Assembly (NCBI GenBank): GCA_963766715.1
Contig: CAVYBH010000008.1
Location: 192,001 to 256,000 of the forward strand
Length of the DNA stretch: 64,000 bases
Source of the DNA: an uncultured delta proteobacterium
Lineage (GTDB): Bacteria; Myxococcota; Myxococcia; Myxococcales; Anaeromyxobacteraceae
Direction: 5' to 3'
A program made the translations under genes and the position numbers. Position 1 is the first letter of the stretch. Each line of letters starts with the position of its first letter. Below the pieces are notes generated by a model. It was not told the origin of the DNA, did not search any database, and saw only the letters and a program-made list of their open reading frames with translations. Positions 54,288-64,000 of the stretch are shown piece after piece.

Positions 54288-55397
54288 CTACTTGGCCTCG
54301 CGCTCGGCGGAGATGCGCTCGGCCTCGGCCACCAGCGCCTCCTCGAGGTCCTCGGCCTTCATCCGCTTCACGATCTTGCCGCTCTTGAAGAGCAGGCCCA
54401 CGCCGCCGTGCCCGTAGGCCACGCCCACGTCGGCGGCGGCCGCCTCGCCCGGGCCGTTCACCTCGCACCCCATCACGGCGACGTTCACCTCGCCCTTCAG
54501 CTTGGAGAGGCGCTGCTCGACCCGCTCGGCGATGGGGATCATGGCGACCGAGCAGCGGCCGCAGGTGGGGCAGGCCGTGAGCGTGGCCCCGCCGAACTTG
54601 AGGCCGAGCGCCTTGAGCAGGCTGCGTCCGACCTTGACCTCCTCGACCGGGTCGGCGGCCAGGGACACGCGGAGCGTGTCGCCGATGCCCGCGGCCAGCA
54701 GGATGGCCAGCCCGGCGGCGCTCTTGATGGTCCCGGTCATGAGCGTGCCGGCCTCGGTGATGCCGAGGTGGAGCGGGTAGTCGAAGCGCTGCGAGAAGAG
54801 CCGGTTGGCCGCCACCGTCATGCCGATGTCGTGGGCCTTCAGGGAGACCTTGATCTCCTGGTAGCCCTCGTCCTCGAGCAGGCGGATGTGGCGCTCGGCG
54901 CTCTCCACCATCCCCTCGGCGGTGGGCCAGCCGTGCTTCGCGACGATGTCCTCCTCCAGCGATCCGGCGTTCACGCCGATGCGGATGGGGACCTTGCGGT
55001 CGCGGGCGGCCTTGACCACCTCGCGCACGCGCGACGGGTTCCCGATGTTGCCGGGGTTGAGGCGGACGCAGTGGATCCCGGCCTCGAGGGCCGCCAGCGC
55101 CAGGCGATAGTCGAAGTGGATGTCGCTGACGAGCGGCACCGGGGAGCCGCGGACGATCTCGGCGAGCGCGGCGGCGGCTTCCGCGTCGGGGACGGCGACC
55201 CGAACCAGGTCCGCCCCCTCGGCCGCCAGCGCCCGGATCTGGGCCAGCGTGGAGGCGGCGTCGGCGGTCTGGGTGGTGGTCATGGACTGCACCGCCACCG
55301 GCGCCCCGTCGCCAATGGGGACGGGACCGACGTGGATGCGCCGCGTCTTCCTTCGCTCCGCGATGGCGGAGATGTCTCCGTGGTCGTATGCGCCCAT
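54288..55397 (-). CDS. ispG: 4-hydroxy-3-methylbut-2-en-1-yl diphosphate synthase
   Basis: VQSMTTT, DIHFDY, RLNPGNIG, RIGVNAGSL, HLGITEAG, CPTCGRC and MGCEVNGPGE. Confidence 0.96.
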   Translation of the reverse strand: MGAYDHGDISAIAERRKTRRIHVGPVPIGDGAPVAVQSMTTTQTADAASTLAQIRALAAEGADLVRVAVPDAEAAAALAEIVRGSPVPLVSDIHFDYRLALAALEAGIHCVRLNPGNIGNPSRVREVVKAARDRKVPIRIGVNAGSLEEDIVAKHGWPTAEGMVESAERHIRLLEDEGYQEIKVSLKAHDIGMTVAANRLFSQRFDYPLHLGITEAGTLMTGTIKSAAGLAILLAAGIGDTLRVSLAADPVEEVKVGRSLLKALGLKFGGATLTACPTCGRCSVAMIPIAERVEQRLSKLKGEVNVAVMGCEVNGPGEAAAADVGVAYGHGGVGLLFKSGKIVKRMKAEDLEEALVAEAERISAEREAK

Positions 55398-55458
55398 GAG
55401 GAAAGCCCGGCCCACCCCTTCTTAGCGGGGCGGAGCCGGGCTCGCCAATCCGAGTCGC

Positions 55459-56520
55459 CTACTTCTGGGCCAGCTCGACGTCGATGATCTCCTTGAAGGC
55501 ATCGAACGGCTGGGCGCCGTTGATCATGATGCCGTTCACGAAGAACGCCGGGGTGCCGTTGATGCCGAGCTCGTTGCCGGCCTTCTTCCCTTCCTCGACC
55601 AGCGCGGCGGTGGCGCCGGAGTCGAGGCACTTGTCGAACTTGGCCTGGTCGAGCTTCAGGTCCTTGGCGTAGCCCTTCAGCGCCGGGACCTCGAGGGCGC
55701 GCTGGTTGGCGAAGAGCTTGGCGTGCATCTCCCAGTACTTGCCCTGCTCGCCGGCGCAGTGCGCGGCCTCGGCGGCCTTGGGCGCGTGGGTGTGGTTGGG
55801 CAGCGGCAGGTCGCGGTAGACGACCCGGATCTTGTCCCCGTAGACGCGGACCACCTCGGAGACGGTCTCCTCGGCGCGGCTGCAGTAGGGGCACTCGAAG
55901 TCGGAGAACTCGACGATGGTGACGGGCGCGTTGGCCGGGCCGCGCGACGGGCCCTTCGCCTCGACGGCCTGGCGGGGCGGCCGGTAGGCGGGGAGGAGGA
56001 TCTCCACCTTGGCCTCGGTCTTCAGCTTGTCGTAGTAGGCCTGGGCGGCTGCCTGGGCCTTCTGCTGCTGGATGAAGCGGACGATGGTCTCCTTCACCTG
56101 GGCGATGGGCGGCAGGTCGCGGCCCTGGGCCTTGGCGGCGTCGTAGACCTGCTGGATCTCGGCGTCGCTGGGCAGCGGGAGCTTGTCGAGGACCTCGGCC
56201 TTCACGTAGTCCTCGGGCGTCTTGCCGGCGGCCTTGGCCTTGGCCTCGACGATCTTCTTCATGATCATGGAGTCGAGGGCCTGGCGCTTCATCTGGTACA
56301 GCTGCTCCTGGTACTGCTGGTCGAGCTTCTTGAACTCGCCCTTGCCGAACTCCTCGAGGTCCTTGGCGGAGATGACCTCGGCGCCGATCTTGGCGACGGG
56401 CGCGTTGGGGTCGGCGGCCGGGGCGGCGGCGGACTTGGCCTGGGTGGTGGACGGCGAGGTGCAGGCCAGCGCGCCGAGGGCGGCGACGACCGCGAGGAAG
56501 TGGCGGGGCGAGAACGGCAT
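55459..56520 (-). CDS. DsbA-family thioredoxin-fold lipoprotein with N-terminal SurA-like helical domain
   Basis: Lipobox ALAC; EFSDFECPYC, AAEAAHCAGEQGKYW and GINGTPAFFVNG..GAQP. Confidence 0.9.
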   Translation of the reverse strand: MPFSPRHFLAVVAALGALACTSPSTTQAKSAAAPAADPNAPVAKIGAEVISAKDLEEFGKGEFKKLDQQYQEQLYQMKRQALDSMIMKKIVEAKAKAAGKTPEDYVKAEVLDKLPLPSDAEIQQVYDAAKAQGRDLPPIAQVKETIVRFIQQQKAQAAAQAYYDKLKTEAKVEILLPAYRPPRQAVEAKGPSRGPANAPVTIVEFSDFECPYCSRAEETVSEVVRVYGDKIRVVYRDLPLPNHTHAPKAAEAAHCAGEQGKYWEMHAKLFANQRALEVPALKGYAKDLKLDQAKFDKCLDSGATAALVEEGKKAGNELGINGTPAFFVNGIMINGAQPFDAFKEIIDVELAQK

Positions 56521-56667
56521 TGGACTCCCGGTTGCTGGGGGTTGGAAGGCGGGGATTGTTCTCGACAACCACCCACCGGTCAACGGCATTCCCTCCCATG
56601 GGTCGGGGCCCTTGCGGGGCGCCCGGACGGCTGGCGGGGTGGTATCCTTCGCCGCCGGAGAGGAACC

Positions 56668-57450
56668 ATGTCCCACGACGTCTGGAAACCGGAGCTCTAC
56701 GCCCGATTCCGCGCCGAGCGTTCCCGCCCCTTCTTCGACCTCCTCGCGATGGTCCGCCCCGTCCCGGGCATGCGGGTGGTCGACCTGGGTTGCGGCACCG
56801 GCGAGCTGACGGGCGAGGCCCACCGGCGGCTGCGGGCCCGATCCACGCTGGGTGTCGACTCCTCGCCGGCCATGCTCGAGAAGGCGGCGCCGCTCGCCGG
56901 GGATGGGCTCACCTTCGCGACGGGCGACATCGGTCGCCTCGACGCACCCGCCGGCGGCTACGACCTCGTCCTCTCCAACGCCGCGCTGCACTGGCTTCCC
57001 GATCACCCCGTGCTCCTGGGGCGGCTGGCCCGGCTGGTGGCTCCGGGCGGGCAGCTCGCCGTCCAGGTCCCGGCCAACCAGACCCACGCCTCCCATCGGC
57101 TCGCGAACGAGCTCGCCCGGGAGGAGCCCTTCGCGTCGGCGCTCCAGGGCTACGTCCGGCACCGCTCCGTGCTCACCCCGGTCGAGTACGCGCTCCTGCT
57201 GCGGCGGCTCGGGTTCGCGGAGCAGGAGGTCCGGCTCCAGGTCTACGTCCACGAGCTCTCCGAGCCCGCCGACGTGGTGGAGTGGTGCCGGGGAACCCTG
57301 CTCACGGACTACGAGAAGCGGCTGCCGGCCGACCTCTGGCCGCGCTACCTCGACGCGTACCGCGAACGGATCATCCGGACCATCCCGGACGAGCGCCCGT
57401 ACGCCTACACGTACCAGCGCATCCTGTTCTGGGCGCAGCGTTCCGGGTAG
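56668..57450 (+). CDS. tam: Trans-aconitate 2-methyltransferase-like SAM methyltransferase
   Basis: W.P..Y.RF..ER.RPFFDLL, VDLGCGTG, SNAALHWLPDH and GQLAVQVP. Confidence 0.85.
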   Translation: MSHDVWKPELYARFRAERSRPFFDLLAMVRPVPGMRVVDLGCGTGELTGEAHRRLRARSTLGVDSSPAMLEKAAPLAGDGLTFATGDIGRLDAPAGGYDLVLSNAALHWLPDHPVLLGRLARLVAPGGQLAVQVPANQTHASHRLANELAREEPFASALQGYVRHRSVLTPVEYALLLRRLGFAEQEVRLQVYVHELSEPADVVEWCRGTLLTDYEKRLPADLWPRYLDAYRERIIRTIPDERPYAYTYQRILFWAQRSG

Positions 57451-57546
57451 TCGCGGGTGGGATGATCGAACCCGGGGTTCGGCTGCACCCAGGCCGGCGC
57501 CGGAATCGGATCCAGGAATCATCCATGGTTGCCTCTTGGCCCGGCT

Positions 57547-57562
57547 TGGCACGAGCCGCGCA
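57547..57562 (+). promoter_or_regulatory. Sigma54 (-24/-12) promoter
   Basis: TGGCACG-AGCC-GCGCA: exact -24 TGGCACG, with GG (57548-49) and GC (57560-61) at the invariant spacing; no protein-coding gene follows on this strand. Confidence 0.6.
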
Positions 57563-57572
57563 GAGATGAATG

Positions 57573-57665
57573 CGTGTGGTGCTGCTGTTTGGCTCCTCCG
57601 AGCCCGAGGCACGGCGAGTTCTCGTCCCCCCCGAGAACCCGAAGTGTCTCGGGCATTTCTCTTTT
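57573..57665 (+). ncRNA. Candidate ~90-nt small regulatory RNA
   Basis: Bounded by the sigma54 promoter and a long hairpin (GCCCGAGGCAC 57602-12 / GTGTCTCGGGC 57644-54; inner GTTCTCG / CGAGAAC; loop TCCCCCC) ending in ATTTCTCTTTT; lies in a gap between convergent genes. Confidence 0.55.
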
Positions 57666-57701
57666 GGGGGACGGACGCGGCTTCGGCGCGACTGCCGGAC
57701 G

Positions 57702-58184
57702 CTAGGCCGGCGGAGGCGCTCCGCCCGACGGGCCCGCGAAGGCGAAGAAGGAGCGAAGCTTCTCGCTCGTCTCGCGCAGCCGCGACGACAGCGTCCGGAC
57801 GAACGCCCAGAGCACCGCGTAGGCCAGGTCCTTGTCGAGGAACATGATCCGGTCGAGGTCCTCGCGGCGGATGGCGAGCAGCGCGCAGGCGGTGTGGGCC
57901 ACGGCATCGGCGGACCGCGGCGCGTCGTCGATGGCGGCCATCTCCCCGAAGTAGGTGCCCGGCCCGAGCAGGGTGAGCGCCTCCTCGCCCGCGCCGGGGA
58001 TCTCCTTCGAGATGCGCACCGTGCCGTCCAGGACGACGTACATCTCGTCCCCCGTCGATCCCTCGCGAAAGACCACCTGCCCCCGGGCGAACTCCCTGCG
58101 GGCCGCGATCTCGGACACCTTCCCCAGCTGCTCGGCGGAGAGGGACTCGAAGAGGGGGCACTGCCGCAGCACGGTCGGAAGCAC
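57702..58184 (-). CDS. Stand-alone cyclic nucleotide-binding domain protein
   Basis: FREGSTGDEMYVVLDGTVRI and YFGEMAAIDDAPRSADA (phosphate-binding cassette); no C-terminal HTH. Confidence 0.88.
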   Translation of the reverse strand: MLPTVLRQCPLFESLSAEQLGKVSEIAARREFARGQVVFREGSTGDEMYVVLDGTVRISKEIPGAGEEALTLLGPGTYFGEMAAIDDAPRSADAVAHTACALLAIRREDLDRIMFLDKDLAYAVLWAFVRTLSSRLRETSEKLRSFFAFAGPSGGAPPPA

Positions 58185-58284
58185 GGCGGGATGCTAGCAC
58201 GGGCGCGCCGCCCCGAACCTCTCCGTGACATCGCGGCTCGAAGGGGCTAGAATCCCCTGGAACCCCCCTCTACGTGGAGAAAAC

Positions 58285-59221
58285 ATGCCCCAGCACGAGA
58301 AGCTGGCCATCATCGGCTCCGGCCCCGCCGGATACACCGCCGCCCTCTACGCGGCGCGCGCCAACCTCTCCCCCGTGCTGTTCGAGGGGATGCAGCCCGG
58401 CGGGCAGCTCACCATCACGACCGAGGTGGAGAACTATCCCGGCTTCGTCGAGGGCGTGATGGGGCCCGAGCTGATGGAGCGGATGAAGGGCCAGGCCGAG
58501 CGCTTCGGGACCCGGTTCATCCCCGGCGAGATCACCCGCGTCGACCTCTCCACGCGGCCGTTCCGGCTCTGGTCGGAGGCGGAGGAGTTCACCGCCCACG
58601 CGATCATCGTCGCCACCGGCGCGTCGGCCAAGTGGCTGGGCATCCCGTCGGAGAAGGCCTACCAGGGCAAGGGCGTGTCGGCCTGCGCCACCTGCGACGG
58701 CTTCTTCTTCCGGGGCGTCGACGTGGCGGTCGTGGGCGGCGGGGACACCGCGCTCGAGGAGGCCACCTTCCTCACCAAGTACGCGACCAAGGTCTACGTC
58801 GTGCACCGGCGCTCCGAGCTGCGCGCCTCCAAGGTGATGCAGGAGCGTGCGCGGAAGAATCCCGAAGATCGAGTTCGTGTGGAACCAGGGCGTCGACGAG
58901 GTCCTCGGCGACGGGAAGGCGGTCACGGGGCTGCGGCTCAAGAGCACCAAGGACGGCGGCACCCGGATCCTCCCCGTCCAGGGCTTCTTCCTCGCCATCG
59001 GCCACGAGCCCAACACCGGCGTGTTCAAGGGCCAGCTGGAGATGAACGAGGTGGGCTACCTGAACGTGAAGTCGCCCACCACGCGGACCAGCCAGGACGG
59101 GATCTTCGCCGCCGGCGACGTCGCCGACCCGAACTACCGCCAGGCGGTCACCGCGGCGGGATCGGGGTGCGCGGCCGCCATCGACGCGGAGCGCTGGCTG
59201 GGCGAGCAGGGCATCCACTGA
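58285..59221 (+). CDS. trxB: Thioredoxin-disulfide reductase (indel near 58860)
   Basis: [32 protein letters not shown] and [17 protein letters not shown]. Confidence 0.96.
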
Positions 59222-59244
59222 CCCACACACCGGGAGCGCGCACC

Positions 59245-59745
59245 GTGCGGATGATCGACGTCGGGGACAAGCCCCGCACCGAGCGCGTGGCGGTGGCGCG
59301 CGGCCGGATCACCATGTCGCGGGCGACGCTCGGCATCCTGCGGCGAGGGGAGTCGGAGAAGGGGGACGTGGTGGCGGCGGCGCGCCTGGCCGGGATCATG
59401 GCCGCCAAGCGCACGCCCGACCTCGTCCCGCTCTGCCACCCCATCGCGCTCTCCGGCATCGAGGTCGACGTGGCCCCTCGCGCCGGCGGCGTGGAGGTGC
59501 TCGCCACCGTGCGCACCGTGGACCGCACCGGCGTGGAGATGGAGGCGCTGGCCGCCGTCGCCGCCGCCTGCCTGACCGTCTACGACATGCTGAAGCGCTA
59601 CGAGCGCGGCATGCGCATCGAGTCGATCGAGCTCACCGAGAAGGCCGGCGGCCGGACCGGGCGATGGGTGCGCAAGCGCCCCGGACCTCGTCCGGCCCGA
59701 TCCCCAGCGCCGCGAGCGCGTTCCGCCCGCACACGCGGCGGATGA
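59245..59745 (+). CDS. moaC: Cyclic pyranopterin monophosphate synthase MoaC
   Basis: [43 protein letters not shown] and LTVYDMLK. Confidence 0.95.
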   Translation: MRMIDVGDKPRTERVAVARGRITMSRATLGILRRGESEKGDVVAAARLAGIMAAKRTPDLVPLCHPIALSGIEVDVAPRAGGVEVLATVRTVDRTGVEMEALAAVAAACLTVYDMLKRYERGMRIESIELTEKAGGRTGRWVRKRPGPRPARSPAPRARSARTRGG

Positions 59746-60461
59746 CGGCGTCGGAGAGGCCGAGCCGCGACATCCGGTCGGCGGCGCGCGGGATGGCGAG
59801 CAGGTCGCCGAGCCCGTCGCCGGCGTGGGAGGCCAGCGAGATGCCCTCCGGCCCCAGCTCCCGGACGGTCTGCGCCGCGACATCGACTGCGCGTGAACCG
59901 GCGGCGAGCGAGAGCACCGCGCCGTAGCCCACCGCGCGCAGGAGCCGGACCGATCGGGCGTCGACCACGTCGACGAGGACCCGGCCCGGGTCCAGCGCCG
60001 CTCTCCCGGAGGATGGCGAGCGCCCGGCGCGTGCCCCGGAGCGGCTCCCGGGGCGGCGTGGCGACGAGCACCGGCCGGCGCAGCAGGACGGCCATCTCCA
60101 GCTGGCGGCGGAGCACCTCCTCCTCCCGCGGCGTGCCGCTCCCGAGGGCGAACGGCCCGATGGCGGCCACGCCCCGCTGCGACAGGAAGTCGGGCAGCTC
60201 GGCGAGCAGGGCCTCCAGGCCGCGCGACGGGATGCGCGCCGGAGGGACCGCCAGCGCGGCGAAGGCGCCCAGCCCGGCCCGGCGCAGCGACCGCACCGTG
60301 CGCCCGGCGAGGTCGCCCCAGTCCCGGCGCAGGAGCGGCGCGGTGACGGGCGTGCCCTCCTCCGGGAGCGGACAGAGCGCTCCCTCGACCCCGAAGAAGC
60401 GCAGGTCGGCGGCGTCGCGCGGCCGGAGCGACCCGGCGTGCAGGGAGGCGTCGAAGAACAC
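59633..60461 (-). CDS. TatD-like TIM-barrel protein with degenerate metal ligands (indel near 59985; 3' end uncertain)
   Basis: [48 protein letters not shown] and IRRVCGRNA follow the TatD layout. Confidence 0.65.
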
Positions 60462-60497
60462 CCCGCGAGGGTAGCACCCGCGGCGGGCGAACGCGGG

Positions 60498-62163
60498 TCA
60501 CTGCCCGGCGGCGCGCCCCTCTCCCCGGGGCTCGCTCGCCCCCTCCCTCCAGCCCGTGGCGGGGTCGACGCGGACGGCCTGGGGATTCCCGAACGGGCCG
60601 GGGATCTCCTCCACGCGGTGGCCGCGGGCCTCGAGCGCCTTGCGGGTGGCGTCCTGCAGGGCGCCCGGCTCGGCCACGATCACGTCCGGCATCCACTGAT
60701 GGTGAATCCTGGGCGTGCCCACGGCCTGGTCGAGCGGCTGCCCGGCGTCGAGCACGCGCAGGACGGTCCAGGCGACCGTGGACGGGATCGTCGAGCCGCC
60801 CGGGGAGCCGACGGCGAGCAGCAGCCGGCCGTCCGGCCCGAAGACGAGGGTGGGCGCCATCGACGAGAGGGGGCGCTTCCCGGGAGCGGGCAGGTTGGCC
60901 TGGCCGCCCTGGAGCCCGAAGGCGTTCCGGGCGCCCGGAGCGGCGTCGAAGTCGTCCATCTCGTCGTTGAGGAGGATCCCCGTCCCCGGCACGACCACGC
61001 CCGAGCCGAACTGGAGGTTCACGGTGGTGGTCAGCGCCACGGCGTTCCCCTCCGCGTCCACCACCGAGACGTGGGAGGTGTGCCCGGCGGGCGCGGCGGG
61101 TCCGGGCAGCCCGGACGGCGTCGCGCGCTCCTGGATCCGGGCCCGGACCTGGGTGGCGAAGCCCGGCGACGCCATCTCCCGGGCCACCTCGTCGGCGCCG
61201 CGCGCGAAGTCGGGGTCGCCGAGCCCGGCGGAGCGCCGCTCGAAGAGGACCTTCTCCGCCTCGACGAAGGCGTGGAGGAATCGCTCCCGCGCGGGACCGA
61301 CACCGGCCGGGTCCTCGGCCTCGAGCGCCTGCAGCAGGCCGAGGACGATGGCGCCGCCGGCGGACGGCGGGGGGAACCCGGCCACCCGGTGGCCCCGGTA
61401 GCTCCCCCACAGGACCTCGCGCTCCCGGGTCCGGTAGGCGGCGAGATCGGCCGCGGTCAGGATGCCGCCGCGCGCGCGCACCGCCGCGGCGATGCGGTCG
61501 GCGAGCGGCCCGCGGTAGAAGGCCTCGGGGTCGCGCCCCAGGTGGCGCAGCGTGGCGGCCAGGTCCTTCTGGACGAGGCGCCAGCCGGGCCCGGGAGCCG
61601 CGGGCGCGCCCTGGGCGGCGGAGAGGAAGATCCGGGCCGCGGCGGGGTCCTCCCGGAGGCAGCCCTCGGCGGCGGCCGCGCCGCGCAGGTAGTGGCGCCC
61701 CACCACGACCCCTTCCCGGGCCAGCTTCACCGCGGGCTCCACGAGGGAGGAGAGCTTGCGCCGGCCGAAGCGGCGGGCGATCTCGGCGTATCCCTTCACG
61801 GCGCCGGGGACGGCCACGGCGAGCCCGCCGCACCGGGAGGCGCGCGGGTCCGGCTTGCCGTCGCGGAGGAACATGTCGCCCGTCGCCGCCGCGGCGCCCG
61901 TCTCGCGGAAGTCGATGGCGTAGACCCGGTCCTCCCGGGCCACGTACACGAGCGCCAGCCCCCCTCCCCCGATTCCCGAGCTCTGCGGGCTCCACGACCC
62001 CCAGGGCGAAGGCAGCGGCCACGGCCGCGTCCGCCGCGTTCCCGCCCGCCCGCAGCACCGCGGCACCCGCCTCGCTGGCGGCGGGGTGGGCGGTCGCCAC
62101 GGCTCCCTGCGGCGAGACGGCGACGTGGGCGACGAGGAGGGGGAGGAGGAGGGACGGGGCCAT
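60498..62163 (-). CDS. ggt: Gamma-glutamyltransferase (indel near 62000)
   Basis: GGNAADAAVA, SGIGGGG, IDFRE, nucleophile HTSHVSVVD, LTTTVN, LLNDEMDDF, KRPLSSMAP and GSPGGSTI. Confidence 0.93.
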
Positions 62164-62262
62164 GGCCTCATGGGTAGCACGACCGGCCCGGACGCCCCCG
62201 CAGGGCGCGCCCCACGACGGCGGTTCTTGCTTCCGGTCGGCCGCGGACCTAGCCTCCCGTCC

Positions 62263-63693
<1,431 letters not shown>

Positions 63694-63696
63694 GCC

Positions 63697-64000
63697 GTGT
63701 GCGGAATCGTGGGGTACGTCGGTCCGCGCCCGTGCGTGGACATCGTGGTGGGAGGCCTGCGCCGGCTCGAGTATCGCGGATACGACTCCGCCGGCGTGGC
63801 GGTGATCGGGCCGAAGGGGCTCGAGATCCAGCGCAGCAAGGGGAAGCTCCAGAACCTGGTCGACCGGCTGCGCGAGTCGCCGCTCGCCGGCAGCACCGGC
63901 ATCGGGCACACCCGCTGGGCCACCCACGGGCGCCCGTCCGACGAGAACGCCCACCCCCACCGCCACGGCGGCGTGGCCGTGGTGCACAACGGCATCATCG
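63697..64000 (+). CDS. glmS: Glutamine--fructose-6-phosphate transaminase, 5' part (runs off window)
   Basis: [36 protein letters not shown] and VVHNGII. Confidence 0.96.
   Translation, partial: MCGIVGYVGPRPCVDIVVGGLRRLEYRGYDSAGVAVIGPKGLEIQRSKGKLQNLVDRLRESPLAGSTGIGHTRWATHGRPSDENAHPHRHGGVAVVHNGII

Noticed and set aside
56556..56568. TTGT-N5-ACAA inverted repeat between divergent dsbA-like and tam genes
   Set aside because: Only 4-bp arms and a single occurrence, which is insufficient to call an operator.
57450..57700. 6S RNA, tRNA or riboswitch in the tam/cNMP gap
   Set aside because: No tRNA cloverleaf or TTC arm, no long 6S-like rod with a central bubble recognised, and both flanking genes end here, so a 5' riboswitch has no target. 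Kept only as a candidate sRNA.
58225..59745. Apparent TrxB-MoaC fusion
   Set aside because: TrxB's C-terminal half continues in another frame to a stop at 59221, and moaC has its own start.
59633..59745. 113-bp convergent overlap of moaC and the TatD-like gene as antisense regulation
   Set aside because: Both 3' tails are low-complexity and may be extended by indels, so the overlap cannot be supported.

Overview
A very GC-rich 64-kb chromosomal window whose gene content resembles Anaeromyxobacter-like Myxococcota (inference). It is almost fully coding, with about 62 genes. In order: pqiB/pqiC, an S46 dipeptidyl-peptidase, GNAT/SDR/metallophosphoesterase genes, a three-gene outer-membrane barrel / glycerophosphodiesterase-like lipoprotein / barrel operon, a complete cbb3 oxidase locus (ccoN, ccoO-cytochrome c fusion, split ccoP N-terminus, ccoQ, G, H, DsbD-like, I, S) under a near-perfect FNR box, an M49 peptidase, a stand-alone hypFCDEAB cluster with archaeal-like motifs, plsC, fpg/nei, a GT4, maeB, a five-gene MacB/Lol-type ABC + LolA-like + barrel system, smr, sodC, proS-DUF4388-pyrF, a DES1-like desaturase, a DcaP-like porin divergent from livKHMGF, ispG, dsbA, tam, trxB, moaC, ggt, glmU and the start of glmS. 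About 28 genes, including proS and trxB, carry small indels, which points to an unpolished long-read assembly rather than real pseudogenes. I saw no rRNA, tRNA, CRISPR array or mobile element. The most notable unexplained signals are a candidate sigma54-dependent ~90-nt sRNA with C-rich loops (57573-57665), the barrel-GDPD-barrel operon, the ABC/LolA/barrel export system, an AbrB-DUF4388-MshEN-like regulator, the eukaryote-like sphingolipid desaturase and the archaeal-like hyp genes. All product calls rest on motif recognition, not database searches.
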